From contig CM082581.2 in assembly GCA_040954595.2 (NCBI GenBank), positions 3,092,699-3,156,698 on the forward strand: a stretch of DNA of 64,000 nt, given 5' to 3'. Positions 26,785 to 38,112 of this stretch are shown here, in pieces. Source of the DNA: Balanoglossus misakiensis (taxonomy: Eukaryota; Animalia; Hemichordata). How positions within the stretch are numbered: the stretch's first letter is position 1; each line of letters opens with the position of its first letter. The notes under the pieces were generated by a model that was not told the origin of the DNA, made no database searches, and saw only the letters and a list, made by a program, of their open reading frames with translations. Made by a program: the position numbers and the translations under genes.

Positions 26785-27734
26785 TGCAGACTGTATCTCA
26801 TCTAGCATTTGGCATGTATAGTTTTCTGCAAAATCCATGCAGAGCACTACAGTATCAGGCGGTGGATTTTTGGAGATACTATTGAACTGTGCATATTGCC
26901 AGTATGCGGTGAACATGTGACGACTGAAGGAAACCAGTTCTTCTGACAGCTCGTTGACTAGTTCTCGAATGGTGCCAGTCTTTTGCACAAGGCACTTTTT
27001 CTTCTTACTCTCTGGACCCTCAGATACACTAACACTCTCCCATTTCAGCCAACAGGTTTGTCTCTCTATACATGATAATGGCTCTAGTTTGTCTTTCACA
27101 CGCTGGACTCCACACTTCTGGCATGCTCTGTTGATACAGCCAAGATCATGGTGTCTGCTGTCAGCTTCTTTTGCACAAAGACTCATCTCAACTGCATCAT
27201 ACTTATTGTTGATTCTCATTGCTGATAAGTTGAATCTGGTAGCCAATTTGTTGATTTCTTTTAACTTTAACTCAATGTTCACACAATATTCACATAAACA
27301 TTGGTTAAGTTTTCGGTGTTGTTGAACCTTGACATTTTTTGGCCTCAATTCACAGAACTTGGAAAGCCCAACTTGTTTTTCTGGATTTTCTTGTGACCAC
27401 TCCTTGTGAACGTTTTTCAACGATTTATTCAGAATATGAGTCTGAAGCGATGTCTTCTTACTGACAGTGTTTTTTCCTGGTAACTGAACAGACACATCTG
27501 GGCGAATATAGAAATCGTGTATTGATGTTTTAGCAATGCATGACACACTATCAGATCTTTGCTTTTTCTCTAAAGTAGTGATGGATGAGGCTTTAACCAA
27601 GGTCTGCCATCGTATACAAAGTCGATCGCTTACTCTTCGTTTATGACAGTACCTGCTTTTAGTGCTTTTAGCAAGTGCCATCAGAAAGGTTCTTCGAGCT
27701 ACCCCTTTCTTGCCCAGTGACTTGTAGGTTGATC

Positions 27735-28977
27735 CATAGACCCTAGAGAAACGGGACAGGAAAGGGCGGCAAACATCAAAGGAAAAGGGGATTAGCCGGT
27801 TTTGAACCTAAATGGAATAATTACAAAAGGTGTCAATCGGTCGTGGATGGGCGATCGTCAGTGTCCAACACCCCTGACTGCTTTGCAGACGACAAGTAAT
27901 CTTAGTGATCTTCGGAATACAATTGTTGGTTGATGCCGGTCGAATCCCGCCGATTTTTGCTGCAATTTTAAACATTATATAACTTAATTTCTTCCAATAA
28001 TGGTCTCGAATAAACTTTTAATGTCTTCATTTGAAGACAGACAATTATTGAAAACACTCATGGCCAAGAGATTATTTTTTGGTCGTGATATCTGACTCTG
28101 AATTTTAACTCGAATCGCATATCGTCGCGACGCCGAATATCGTGTTGTAGAAGCCATCGCGGAGATTGTGACCGTTTTTCTGTAAGAAGACAATCCGTCG
28201 ATCGGAAATTCTTTAAAATATGAAATCTTCAGCATACAAGAAGTGCTACGATGTGTTTCATTGTTAAACTGTTTGTGTTAATTTTACGTTTGCCGTCAAA
28301 AAGAACATTGCGTAGTACTTCCGGTTGCGTGTAGTGTAAAATTTCATGCTGCCGATTGGGTCCTTTTTTACGGAAGATATTCCTTGAATGTCTTAACCTC
28401 TTATTTTATTGTTGTTACCATGTAATTGTGGGTGTATTGGTGGGGTTTTACGCAGATATTTCACATTCAGTTGAAAGAAAAAAAGAAGTCAACTTGTTTA
28501 GTTTTGAACGCTTTATCACACACACTGCATAGGATACTTCCGGCATTTGCGGTCATGTACTGGTCTAAATACCGCAAATTTCGGCGGCCAGTTGAGGTCG
28601 AAAATGGTTTTGTGTCTTCTGAACGGGTTTCGTCTTCGCTTACATCGCTATCTGAACACCCATTTGTGTCTTCCTCGGAGAAAACGTCCACAAACTCGTC
28701 GTCATCGCTGTGGCAGATAGCGACCATTTCTGTCAGTGCTGGTGGTGTAAACAATCCAGGCTGTTCACGTCTCATGAAATCTCGAGAAATGCGTGATTTG
28801 GGGTGTTTCGCATGATCTCGTCTCGTGTTTCGCGGGATTTCGCGTTATTCAGGCCGTAAATGGGATTAGATAAGCGGGCGGAGTCCAACACCTGTGCAAA
28901 CACTAGTTAATGTATTCCAACCAAGAGGCTACAAAGAAAGAGGCGTTGTTTCCTGTCCTTTTTCTCTAGGGTCTATG
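27735..28977. mobile_element. Non-autonomous P-element-like TIR transposon nested in the transposase
   Basis: Imperfect ~29-bp TIR CATAGACCCTAGAGAAAcgGGACAGGAAA / TTTCCTGTCCttTTTCTCTAGGGTCTATG. 7-bp TSD GTTGATC (27728-27734 / 28978-28984). CATRG ends with 7-8-bp TSD are characteristic of the P superfamily. Confidence 0.85.
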
Positions 28978-29749
28978 GTTGATCTCAGGGTTTTACAGAT
29001 ACCAACCAGTTCCCTCTTTTCTTCAGCAGACGCTAACCCTAAAGCTTGTACTGCAGCCCTCTTTCTTGGACACAGATTTGTAACAAGACATTGTACAATT
29101 TCTGCGTACTTCTTTGGAGAACTGGGGAGACGTGATTTCATTCTATTGACAGCTTTTCTTCTTGTACAGTGCTTAATATATCCAGAATTGGTACTCGCTC
29201 GTTTCTTCATTTTCTCTTCTTTTGCTCTCTTTGCTTGGTTTATTTTTTCTCGTTTCTGTTTCTTCATTAGGGCATCTTTCTCTCTTACTCTTCTTCTTTT
29301 TTGGGAAGACATGTGAGCTCTTTCTCTTCTTTTCATTTCTCGCCAGTATTCTCTCCTCTTCTCCTGTTTCTGTTGACCTAGCCTAGTAAATGGTTGCATT
29401 TTGGATGTGCTAGCTTCTTGACTGAATAGTGGCTCTAACTTCTTCCGTGCTCTATATTTCCTCATCCGGAGTCTTGCCAATTCTCTCTGCCTTTCTTTTT
29501 GTTTTTCAGTTGAATTTTGTCTGTAGTTTTTTGATCTTTCACAATTCTTCTCTTTGTACTCTTGATACTTCTCCTTGTTTTCTTTCAGTCCTTGTCTATA
29601 CCTTCTCATAGCTGATGCTTTCCTTGATGAACTTTTGTTTTCTTTATCAACACTCCCATTTATGTCACTTGCACCCCCCATCTCTGTTGGGCTGGAGAAT
29701 CGTTCCATGCACCTGAGCTTCATCTTGAGGAGTGCCATTTTACAGTACG

Positions 29750-30493
29750 TCAATTTGTGTAAACACTGATAACACAATCTTGAAATATATCCACAATTAA
29801 GGTGTCAAACTCATCCAAGGTGACATCATCAGGATCTAATGAGAGCATGAAATATTCAAGTCTTTGGTAAGCACTATTCAGTATTGTAAGTATATCATCA
29901 AGCCTGAATTTAATACCACGTGCATCCAAGTCCAACAGCAAAGGTAAGTCACATACTATGCTAACTACACCACCAGGAGAGACATTGGTGAACCCAATAT
30001 GTAGGTGTTCCAGACACTTACAACGTGCAATTAAGATTGCATCCTCTTGGTGAAGGAAAAGATTAGTGCATTCTGACAGACACAAAATCCTAAGATAAGG
30101 AAGGTAAGTGAGAAACCCAAGTGTTGACAATTTACAGCCGGTCAGGTCCAGGTAAGTGATATGGTGTGAGTGAGAGAAATACCCACGAAAAAGTGAATCA
30201 ATATCAAATATTGATAAGTGAATCTCTGCATAAGGTATGGAAAAAGTCCGGAACTGCATAGAGTGTTGCAAAATGTCTTGCATCTGTTGTGCATCTATTG
30301 TACATATGTGACCACTGCAGTCAACATTTTTCCAAAGAGCACTCTCAGATTTTACAAATTTGTGAAGTTGTTTGCAACAGAGACACACAGACCGTAACAG
30401 CTCTGTTATAGTCAAATACTGCAGCACTTTCCTCAACACCACGTAAGGCAGTGACATCAACATCAAATCTACAGTAGCTGCGGTAGCTGTCAA
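29750..30493 (-). CDS. F-box and leucine-rich-repeat protein (FBXL-like), transposon cargo
   Basis: N-terminal F-box LMSLPYVVLRKVLQYLTITELLRSVCLCCKQLHKFVKSESALWKNVD, followed by LRRs (ITYLDLTGCKL, LRILCLSECTNL, LEHLHIGFTNV, LLDLDARGIKF). Open frame of ~240 aa inside the Sola2 TIRs. The true start may be the ATG near 30463 or an upstream spliced exon. Confidence 0.85.
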   Translation of the reverse strand: MTATAATVDLMLMSLPYVVLRKVLQYLTITELLRSVCLCCKQLHKFVKSESALWKNVDCSGHICTIDAQQMQDILQHSMQFRTFSIPYAEIHLSIFDIDSLFRGYFSHSHHITYLDLTGCKLSTLGFLTYLPYLRILCLSECTNLFLHQEDAILIARCKCLEHLHIGFTNVSPGGVVSIVCDLPLLLDLDARGIKFRLDDILTILNSAYQRLEYFMLSLDPDDVTLDEFDTLIVDIFQDCVISVYTN

Positions 30494-32161
30494 GATGCTC
30501 CAAAACCAGTTAATTGTCCCTTAAAAGAGAAATGGAGGACTATATATTACAGGATGCACACTAAAAAAATTGTAGTTGATCTTTGATGTAATGACATTTA
30601 TGTTTGTTCAGTTGGTAAATTCTTACAGCATCACAGTCAAAACCACGAAGAAAATAAAAAGACAGAAAAAAACCCACACACTCACATAAACCTCCCAAAA
30701 CATGATGACCCCCCCTTATGAAAATATAAAACCACATAGCCCCCCCCCCCTCTTATGAAAATATAAAACCACATAGCCCCCCTCCCCTGTTAATCAAATG
30801 TAAATTCAACATCATAGTACCATATAGTAAGTATTGAATCTGAATATTCTGATTGGATAATACCAGGTCGATTTCGTATTTTTATGCTATTTCCCAGAAG
30901 AAAAAAAGGGAGGGCAAAGGTAGACTTTCAGGGCCGGTAGAAATTACTCTATTATGATTTTTCTTCACTTGTCCCATCGGGCACGGAGGTATAAACGGGC
31001 ATTAGAGTTTGACTTGAATGAACGTGACTTTCAACCGTAAGTGTCTATCCCTGATCATCATCTATCCTGCCCGAAAACTGAAAGAACGCACGTCACCATT
31101 GACGGATTACGGGTATCTGTCCTTGATTACGATCGTGGTAATTTCTGTACACGCAAATCTGTCAACAACAATCAACATACGATTCGAACGCCTGCGTAAT
31201 GCATCGGAAATTTCACGGGACTTGACAGAAAAACTTCAAATTAATTGATTATTTTAGACCACAACCAAAATATACATAAAACTGCTCATTTTTGAAAAAA
31301 ATATATAAAAACTTACCCGTTCGTAACGCAAGAACGGACGTAACAAAATTGACAGAAAGTCATCACATCCTCCCGGTAGACAAGCAAAGCGTCGGATGAT
31401 TCCATTCGGAGTACAGTGCACAGGGTAGTAGACTGCCCTAATTGAGAGGGACCAACGTTTGAAAAATGCTGCGAGATTTTTTTCATTTTTGTTCAAAAAG
31501 TGGTCAGGAACGTTCGTAACATGTTTGACAGAACTTCGATGACATTTTTTTACTCAAAAGAAAAACCCATACTTCACGATCATTCAAGATTTGATCATTA
31601 TCATCGAGAAGTCGCCCTTACATGCCAACTGCACCATGGGTAAAACGTTGCTGTTGTGCATCAGAGAGTGTGTTACTCGTTTCCTCAAAACCCCAGGATG
31701 ATTGACAGACGTGGTTACGAACATTCCGATTTTTTGGGGGTGAAAAAAATGGCCCTTTCTCGTAAAATTTTTGTGCCGATCATTTGTGTATGAGAAAGCC
31801 CCATAATGTCTCAAAGATAATAGCTTGCCCATAGGAATGCAATGTATTTCACTTTGAGCAAAAATAACTTCATATAAATGTAATTCATGAATGTCACAAA
31901 TTGCTACAAAAATAACTTCATATAAATGTAATTCATGAATGTCACAAATTGCTACATGAAATAAGCCCACCACACAGAGTTAAAAAAAAAAATATTTATT
32001 GAAGCTCTCAACACACATCATTCACATTATTATTTTTTTGTCAGCTGGGACAATGTTTCAATCATGCAAAGAAAAATTATGTTTAAGACATGCATAGATT
32101 TAGGACTATAAAGGTGTTAAACATTGAGTTTAAAAAGTTGCACTTTACTGTGGAATGACTC

Positions 32162-32490
32162 AAGAGGTCTTACCCGTCATTGGCAAACAGTCTCAGGAAG
32201 TAAGCTTACAGCCTACCAATGTAGCTATTATATTTTCCACTTTTTGTAAGTGAAGCCTGGCTGTCGCCTGTCTTAGGTCACCACTTCATAAGCGGTCTTA
32301 CCCTTCATTTGCAAACAGTCTCAGGAAGTAAGCTTTCAGCCTACCAATGTAGCTATTATATTTTCCACTTTTTGTAAGTGAAGCCTGGCTGTCGCCTTTC
32401 TTAGGTCACCACTTCATAAGCGGTCTTACCTGTCATTTGCAAACAGTCTCAGGAAGTAAGGACAGTAAGCATTCAGTCTACCATTGTACC
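32162..32490. repeat. Terminal ~2.5 monomers of the 130-bp satellite and degenerate array edge
   Basis: Monomer resumes in register after the Sola2 TIR and decays at agtaagcattcagtctaccattgta. Confidence 0.93.
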
Positions 32491-32881
32491 CAGGTACTCA
32501 ACTGAGGTAAAATTCTAGGTTGATGCTGGGGGATTTTTAATGGAAGACTTGCGACTTCACTGATTTGACAAATTCGTTTGACTGCAATCTCCCCCATTTC
32601 TTTCGGATAACCAATTGTGTTTTTTTTTCTTGTATCATTTTTGGTTGTTCAATTTGTAACTCTACACATCTTATATTTGCAATATTGTTTCTTGATAATT
32701 AAGTGCTTGGCTCGTCTTCTTTGCAGTGTTCAGCATGGCGGATCATGGTGACTTTACACTTGAACACACTTGAGAACACAAAAAATATCTGGGTGAGACA
32801 AGAATAAGAGCAGACGGGTGCCAGGCAGAGTTAATTGGCAGTGCTGGCTTTTTCGGAATGGAAATTGAAGATTCCAATTAA

Positions 32882-33380
32882 AGGCACGTAAGCTGTAACT
32901 TTTGGGATAATTTTCATAATTTTTGTTTCACACTGCACTACCATTAGTCCATGCAGACGAAGGCAGTGAACTATACACAAGCATTATAAACCCTAAATAT
33001 GAGTGCATATGTAAGTTTTAACCAGATAAATAATAAAGCTTTGCTGCAAGCGATTATGGCCGCCACCGTGGGAAAATGAAAGAAACAATGAAAATGTCGC
33101 ATTTCCGGTTGTGAAACTTCATAAACAAAACATGATCTCATCCACTTGAGCTCATGGAAGTAAATGTACACCACTGAGACATCAGATTTTTATTTTTCAT
33201 TGCAATATTGCACTTTTTTAAAAATTTCAGGAATTTTCGTTTTTCTTTAATTTTTGACCATTTTGTCATAAATAAGTGTTGAGTATATTATCATGAAATA
33301 GCATTTAATAGATATAATTAAAAGCATATATGAGATTATTTAAAACATTGATTTTTTATCCAGTTGCAGCTTACGTGCCT
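32882..33380. mobile_element. Kolobok-like MITE (TTAA target)
   Basis: TTAA|AGGCACGTAAGCTGTAACT ... AGTTGCAGCTTACGTGCCT|TTAA; purine-purine termini rather than the CC of piggyBac. Confidence 0.85.
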
Positions 33381-33699
33381 TTAATCTGTCCAAACTGGAA
33401 CACAAAGACTAAGCGAAGTCCGAATAACAACTAAAAGATATTTTAATATCAGATGATAGTCAATAACCATATCTAGTATCAGTATCCAATGGAGACATGC
33501 AATTTATGGCTATTTTATTGTGTAACAGAAACTACAGGTACTAGTATTGACTTTTATAGTTATGGTGGCAACATTTGCCATATACAAAGCTAAAATACTT
33601 AATCGAAATATAGAAAAAATATTTATTGAAGCGTTAACGTATATAATTAAAGCATAGAGATAATAACCATTAGACTCCATTCAGAGTTGTACCATTCAA

Positions 33700-35653
33700 A
33701 TGCGTAGGCTGCATTTGCTCTGGATGTGGAGATATGGGGAAGTAGGCAACCACCCGAAATGCATGTCCTACAAGTACAAACACAACAACCAAAGGTGAAC
33801 TTCTACGTTGTAAGTACTTCAGTAAGTACTACTACAAAGGTCAGGTGAGGGTACCTAAAAATTGGGCCAAAAATTAGGATTCTTATTTGGTTCATATTCA
33901 AGACAACGGAAAATCCTCGCCCTTTGGGTTTGTCAAATTAGATATGGCCATAATAATGAGTTACGCAAGTAAGTTACAGGTGGCCCCAGGAATTTAGCAT
34001 TTCATGACACAGAGGGTCCTACCCTACCCCTCCAAACATCTGGCTATATATGATTTGCGTGCTAACATATGGAAAGCAAGTCAATGGACACCTGAGGTCA
34101 CCCAAAAATTTGACAAAAAATGTTCATTCCTGTTTATGTCATGTGCAACAAATCCTACATTTGCAGCCCTTTCACTTTGCCTACCATTAGGTATGCACGT
34201 AATACATGAATCAAGCAGGTGTCGCAGGTATCCCCCTGTATTTGGCATTTCATGATAGTTTCATCCCTCCAAATATTAAAGCTGCACCTGTACAACGGGC
34301 TGAGATATGGCACTGTACGACAGAGGTCATCCAAATCAACTTATACATTTGGGCACAAACAAACTGACACTTACATTCGTCCCTGTGGAACAAAAACCAC
34401 ACCTATTGCCCTGTTGGTTAGTGTCCAATTAAATGTACAAAATCAATGACTTAGGCAGGTGCAACAGGTGACCCCGCCTTTGGTATATCATTATGGTCCC
34501 ATCTGTATATGCCCCCCCCCCCCCACGCCAAAGCTGCATACATCTGCTGTGGATGCTCACTAAGCAAAAGTAGGTGAAATGTCACATAAGGTCGCCCATA
34601 ACTTGACAGGAAAATCGGACTTCATATTGATCCATGTGCAACAAATACCACACTAGCATCCCTTTCATTGACCCCAAAATTACGCATGCACATTATTGAG
34701 TTACGCAGGTGTCACAGGTGACCCCCGAATCAGGCGTATTATTTTGGTCCCATACAGCTGCATGAAGCTGCGTGCCATTATTTGGCGACCTGATAACCCC
34801 CACGGCCACCTGCGGGCCAACCCCCATACTGAACGTTCAGTTGCAACATCACAACTGAAGTAGGAACTTTTGAACTGCAACGAAGCCTGATCTCTGATTA
34901 TTGCTGGTACCATACTCCCTTCGTGCAAGAAAATCACTGGTCTGCTGACGTATTTCGGCCACATTAGCGACTGAGGGTCAAAGTCCGCTGCGGCATTACG
35001 TTGAATGTTAACCAGTGTAGCCGGGTCTGCGTAGACACATTTGAACGGCAACAGCTAACAAACTCAGCGTAATTCAATAAAACGCCCTAACACAGCCTGA
35101 ACTCCGATAATGTGTTGTCCCAAAATTCATTCCGTGGAAAATAATCACTGGTCTGTTTACGTATTTCAGCCAATTTTCCAAGGACTACTGCAACCTGCCA
35201 GAAGTGAGTAGCCTGCTAATGAGATCTCCACAACATTACGTAATGACGGTCAAAGTACGATGCCCCAGCGTCCGTCCTCAGCCCACCAAAAAATGCGAAA
35301 AAATATTACAAAAATCTTCTTCTCAAAATCGACGTGGCCTAGGACCTTGAAATTTGGCACAGGGGATTTTGGCCACATGGTCTACAAAAATCGCGAAAAG
35401 AATGTACATGCCCCCATTAACGTGCTAATTAGGTCAATTTGAAAATTTCGCTTGATTATAGCCACCAAGTCATGTGACTAAATACAAATACAAAGGGCAG
35501 GTGCACCAGTACTCATGGGCCCCAACCACCGTGCCAAATTTGGTAGGCGCACCTGCCGGAATTTCAGAGAAAAACAGGCGCAAAAAAACACTCAAGAAGA
35601 AAGAAGACAAACTCCAGCAATAACAGAAGGGGACCAAGCGTGGTCTCCTAAAT
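33700..35653 (+). mobile_element. Helentron/HINE-like non-autonomous element with diverged ~245-bp internal repeats (5' boundary approximate)
   Basis: gcaggtgtcacaggtgacccc-type motif at about 33970, 34215, 34455 and 34705, shared with the repeats at 43914-46934. Terminal hairpin ggggaccaagcgtggtctcc followed by taaa. Confidence 0.55.
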
Positions 35654-36279
35654 ATGATTGCAAAGAACAACATTATAAAAGGCTTAATAATTTATGAGCA
35701 AAACTACCAGTAGAAACTATGCAAAGCAATAATACAGTGGATTTAGAAACACACTTTTTACATACAAATTACAACAAAATATCCTTGAACAAACACTGTA
35801 AAGTTTTAAGTATATAAACAACTGAGTGAAGACCATAAAGGCAATAAAGGTTTCATTAAAAAGAAAAAGAAAGAATGGTCGACATTACGAAAACGCCTCA
35901 TCTTACATGTGCAGACATTTTCAAAAATCTGGTTCGTGGTAGCATATCTTGCTTGATTGTATGACTTAACATGTATTTTTATTGGTTAATTCTGATGGGT
36001 TTTGAACATTGTGATCAGCACCATCCAGCAAATGGGAACAGTTAATAAATATTTTTCTACTCGCATTGTAAGCTGCTGGACTTTTCTTTCAAGAGGAAAA
36101 AAATGTAGGGTCCTTGTGTTGGAATTACAGTTTGTCAGGCTACTGGAAACACTTTATTCCTAAGTTCAAGCCACCACCCACATTCCCAGTATAACATCTA
36201 ATACTGATGATAATATATGGGATGTTGTGTGTCAAATTCCAGGTACTCCAGTTATTTAATCCAACCACGTCAGTGATGA

Positions 36280-37111
36280 AGTGTGCTTCGGTCGCCTTGC
36301 TGAGAAGGTAGAGTTGGAAAGTACACAGCTAACAATAATCCAAATAATGCCATTGAAGCAGCCCAACAGTACGTCACAGATGAAGGGTTGTTCAGCTACA
36401 TCAAGAACAATGTTAACTCATGAAAAGGCAATTGCGATAAACCACAGAGAAGAAGTGATAATGAACAGTTGCATGAACATAGGAAATACAGGTTAACAGC
36501 ATCAATAATGCATGGTATCCATCGCTTTGTTGAAAGAAATGGTTTTAAACCGTCCAGATCCATAATGGCATCAGTAAAGGGCAAGAGTACATTCAGAAGA
36601 GCAAATCCACCATTGGCCATCAAATGGTGTGGGGAAAGAGAAGGAAGACGTCGCAGTCCAGATGTACCAGAAAGCCATACCAACCCACCACAAAAACTTG
36701 GTTGTCACCAGATGTGGGTTAATTGACTGTCCCTGTAGGAGACTGACGCATCTTGGTGTTTCCCCAGACAGGATTGCCAAATGCGAGTGCTGTGTGACAC
36801 GTGTCCATACAGTGCCAGAGATGTCCCACCCCAGCAGGCTGTTGGACATCCAACAATGCAGTAACGGTGACTACAGCTTGGTACCAACACATCAATACTA
36901 CATACAGGTACAAGCCAAGATGGGTGTTCTCAATATTAAAGTGTGTGATTTTGTTGTGTACCGGTATACCAGGCTTGGTTTACTTGTTGTATCAGTTTTA
37001 TTTGATGAAGCCTTTTGGGGCAGAGTTAAAGGCAACCTAGATAGGTTCTATTGGCAACATGTTGTCCCAGCCATCAAGGATGAAGTATTGCCATCTGAAA
37101 TGCAACCATAA
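36280..37111 (+). pseudogene. Degenerate YqaJ/lambda-exonuclease-like nuclease (TE-associated)
   Basis: Frameshifted motifs KYRLTAS, AIKW, GVSPD and HQYYIQVQAKMGV...CDFVVY spread over ORFs 36469-36726 and 36629-37111. Confidence 0.75.
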
Positions 37112-37159
37112 GCAACTTCGTCTCCAGTCAGTTCCTGGATAAATTAACTTCAACTGTAT

Positions 37160-38112
37160 TCAGATGAATCAGCTCAATTAGAAGAGCAGACTCGTGGTCA
37201 GAGTTGCAACCCTTCATTGTTTGAAGCCAGGCAATTCAGATTGATCAGCAGCAAATTGGGGGGGGGGGGGAGGGTTGTTAAAAAATGGCCACGGGGAAAA
37301 CATGAAAAATTTGTATGCGACTTAATCTCACAAAAAAGACATGCCACACATTCCCGCAATAAAGTATGGACAGGTAAATGAATCAAAAGCTTTAAAATAT
37401 ATGAAGACTCAGATATGCAAGCACAGAACCTGCCTTGGATTTGAAGTAATGAAGAGACATGAGTCACCTGCAGTTCCATTTGCAATATTGAAGCAGAGAT
37501 TCAGAAAATCACCCAGAATAGTTGTGTATGACAATGCATGTGGGCACACCAATATTGCTGTAATAGGTGAGTATACCTTTGCTCAATTTGAAACAAGCTC
37601 TCACAGTACTGAAGATAAGCTATAATGAAAAGTGATCTGATAGAAAACACTGTTTCATAAATATAGAAATACAGAAATTCAGAGAGGTGGGCAAGTGTAA
37701 TCATGTAATTGAGTATGTGCACCCGTACTACGGAATGATTTGCCATTTGAAATTAACAGCGCCAGAAATGTAGATAGTTTTAAGTGCAGTTTGGTGCTGG
37801 GATATATTTTCTCTATTTTTTTAGTAATTTCCACTTAATTCACTGTTACAGTGGAACAACTCGTTTCAAAGCCAAATCCATGTAAAGCTTCAAAGTTAAA
37901 TGTCAACATAACCATCGAGAAAAGATGGCATGCTATTAATAATGATGCTGTTCTCAGTTAATTTTGTGAAAATGTAATTAGTGTGTAATATGTGTGTTTT
38001 TTTCCATTGAAGATCTAATTGTTAGTGATTATCATCTCTCCACAGGGAACCAGTGTTTTTTCAATACACACTCTTTCTAGTCGATAGACTTCATTGGTGT
38101 AATCATACTGGG
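37160..38112 (+). pseudogene. Second YqaJ fragment fused to KDZ-type transposase fragments
   Basis: LEEQTRGQS...EARQFRL and AIKYGQVNESKA (YqaJ-like), then GFEVMKRHESP...RIVVYDNAC and a spliced exon REPVFFQYTLFLVDRLHWCNHTG (about 38046-38112), recalling KDZ/HMGXB3-like transposases. Confidence 0.6.

Larger units (their letters stand above)
24657..29738 (-). pseudogene. Sola2 DDD transposase, ~933 aa when reconstructed; disrupted by two nested insertions
   Basis: Join(-) 29738-28978, 27727-26785, 26244-25533, GT-AG intron, 25258-25092, GT-AG intron, 24875-24657. Junctions read in frame (TLRST|YKSLGKK...MALAKST; DEIQSA|HWNHTLVTIHP). Motifs: MDFAENY, FSDGCSSQYK, HGKGPCDGEGG, C-terminal CYCNHC and YVWP..ED.SW. 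The start codon is inferred. Confidence 0.88.
22550..32161 (-). mobile_element. Sola2-type DNA transposon (9.6 kb) with transposase and F-box/LRR cargo
   Basis: Perfect 23-bp TIR GAGTCATTCCACAGTAAAGTGCA (22550-22572 / 32139-32161). 4-bp TSD AAGA within the satellite (cataaga|...|aagaggt). GRG termini, 4-bp TSD and the DFAENY / SDG / HGKGPCDG motifs match Sola2. Confidence 0.9.

Noticed and set aside
28929-29777. Independent 282-aa basic/bZIP-like gene
   Set aside because: It is the transposase N-terminus and joins 26704-27681 in frame once the P-like element is removed.
30708-30785. Short duplication ccccttatgaaaatataaaaccacatag, and the 48-bp duplication at 31861-31956 with ORF 31584-31973
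   Set aside because: Simple slippage duplications; the overlapping ORF has no recognisable domain.
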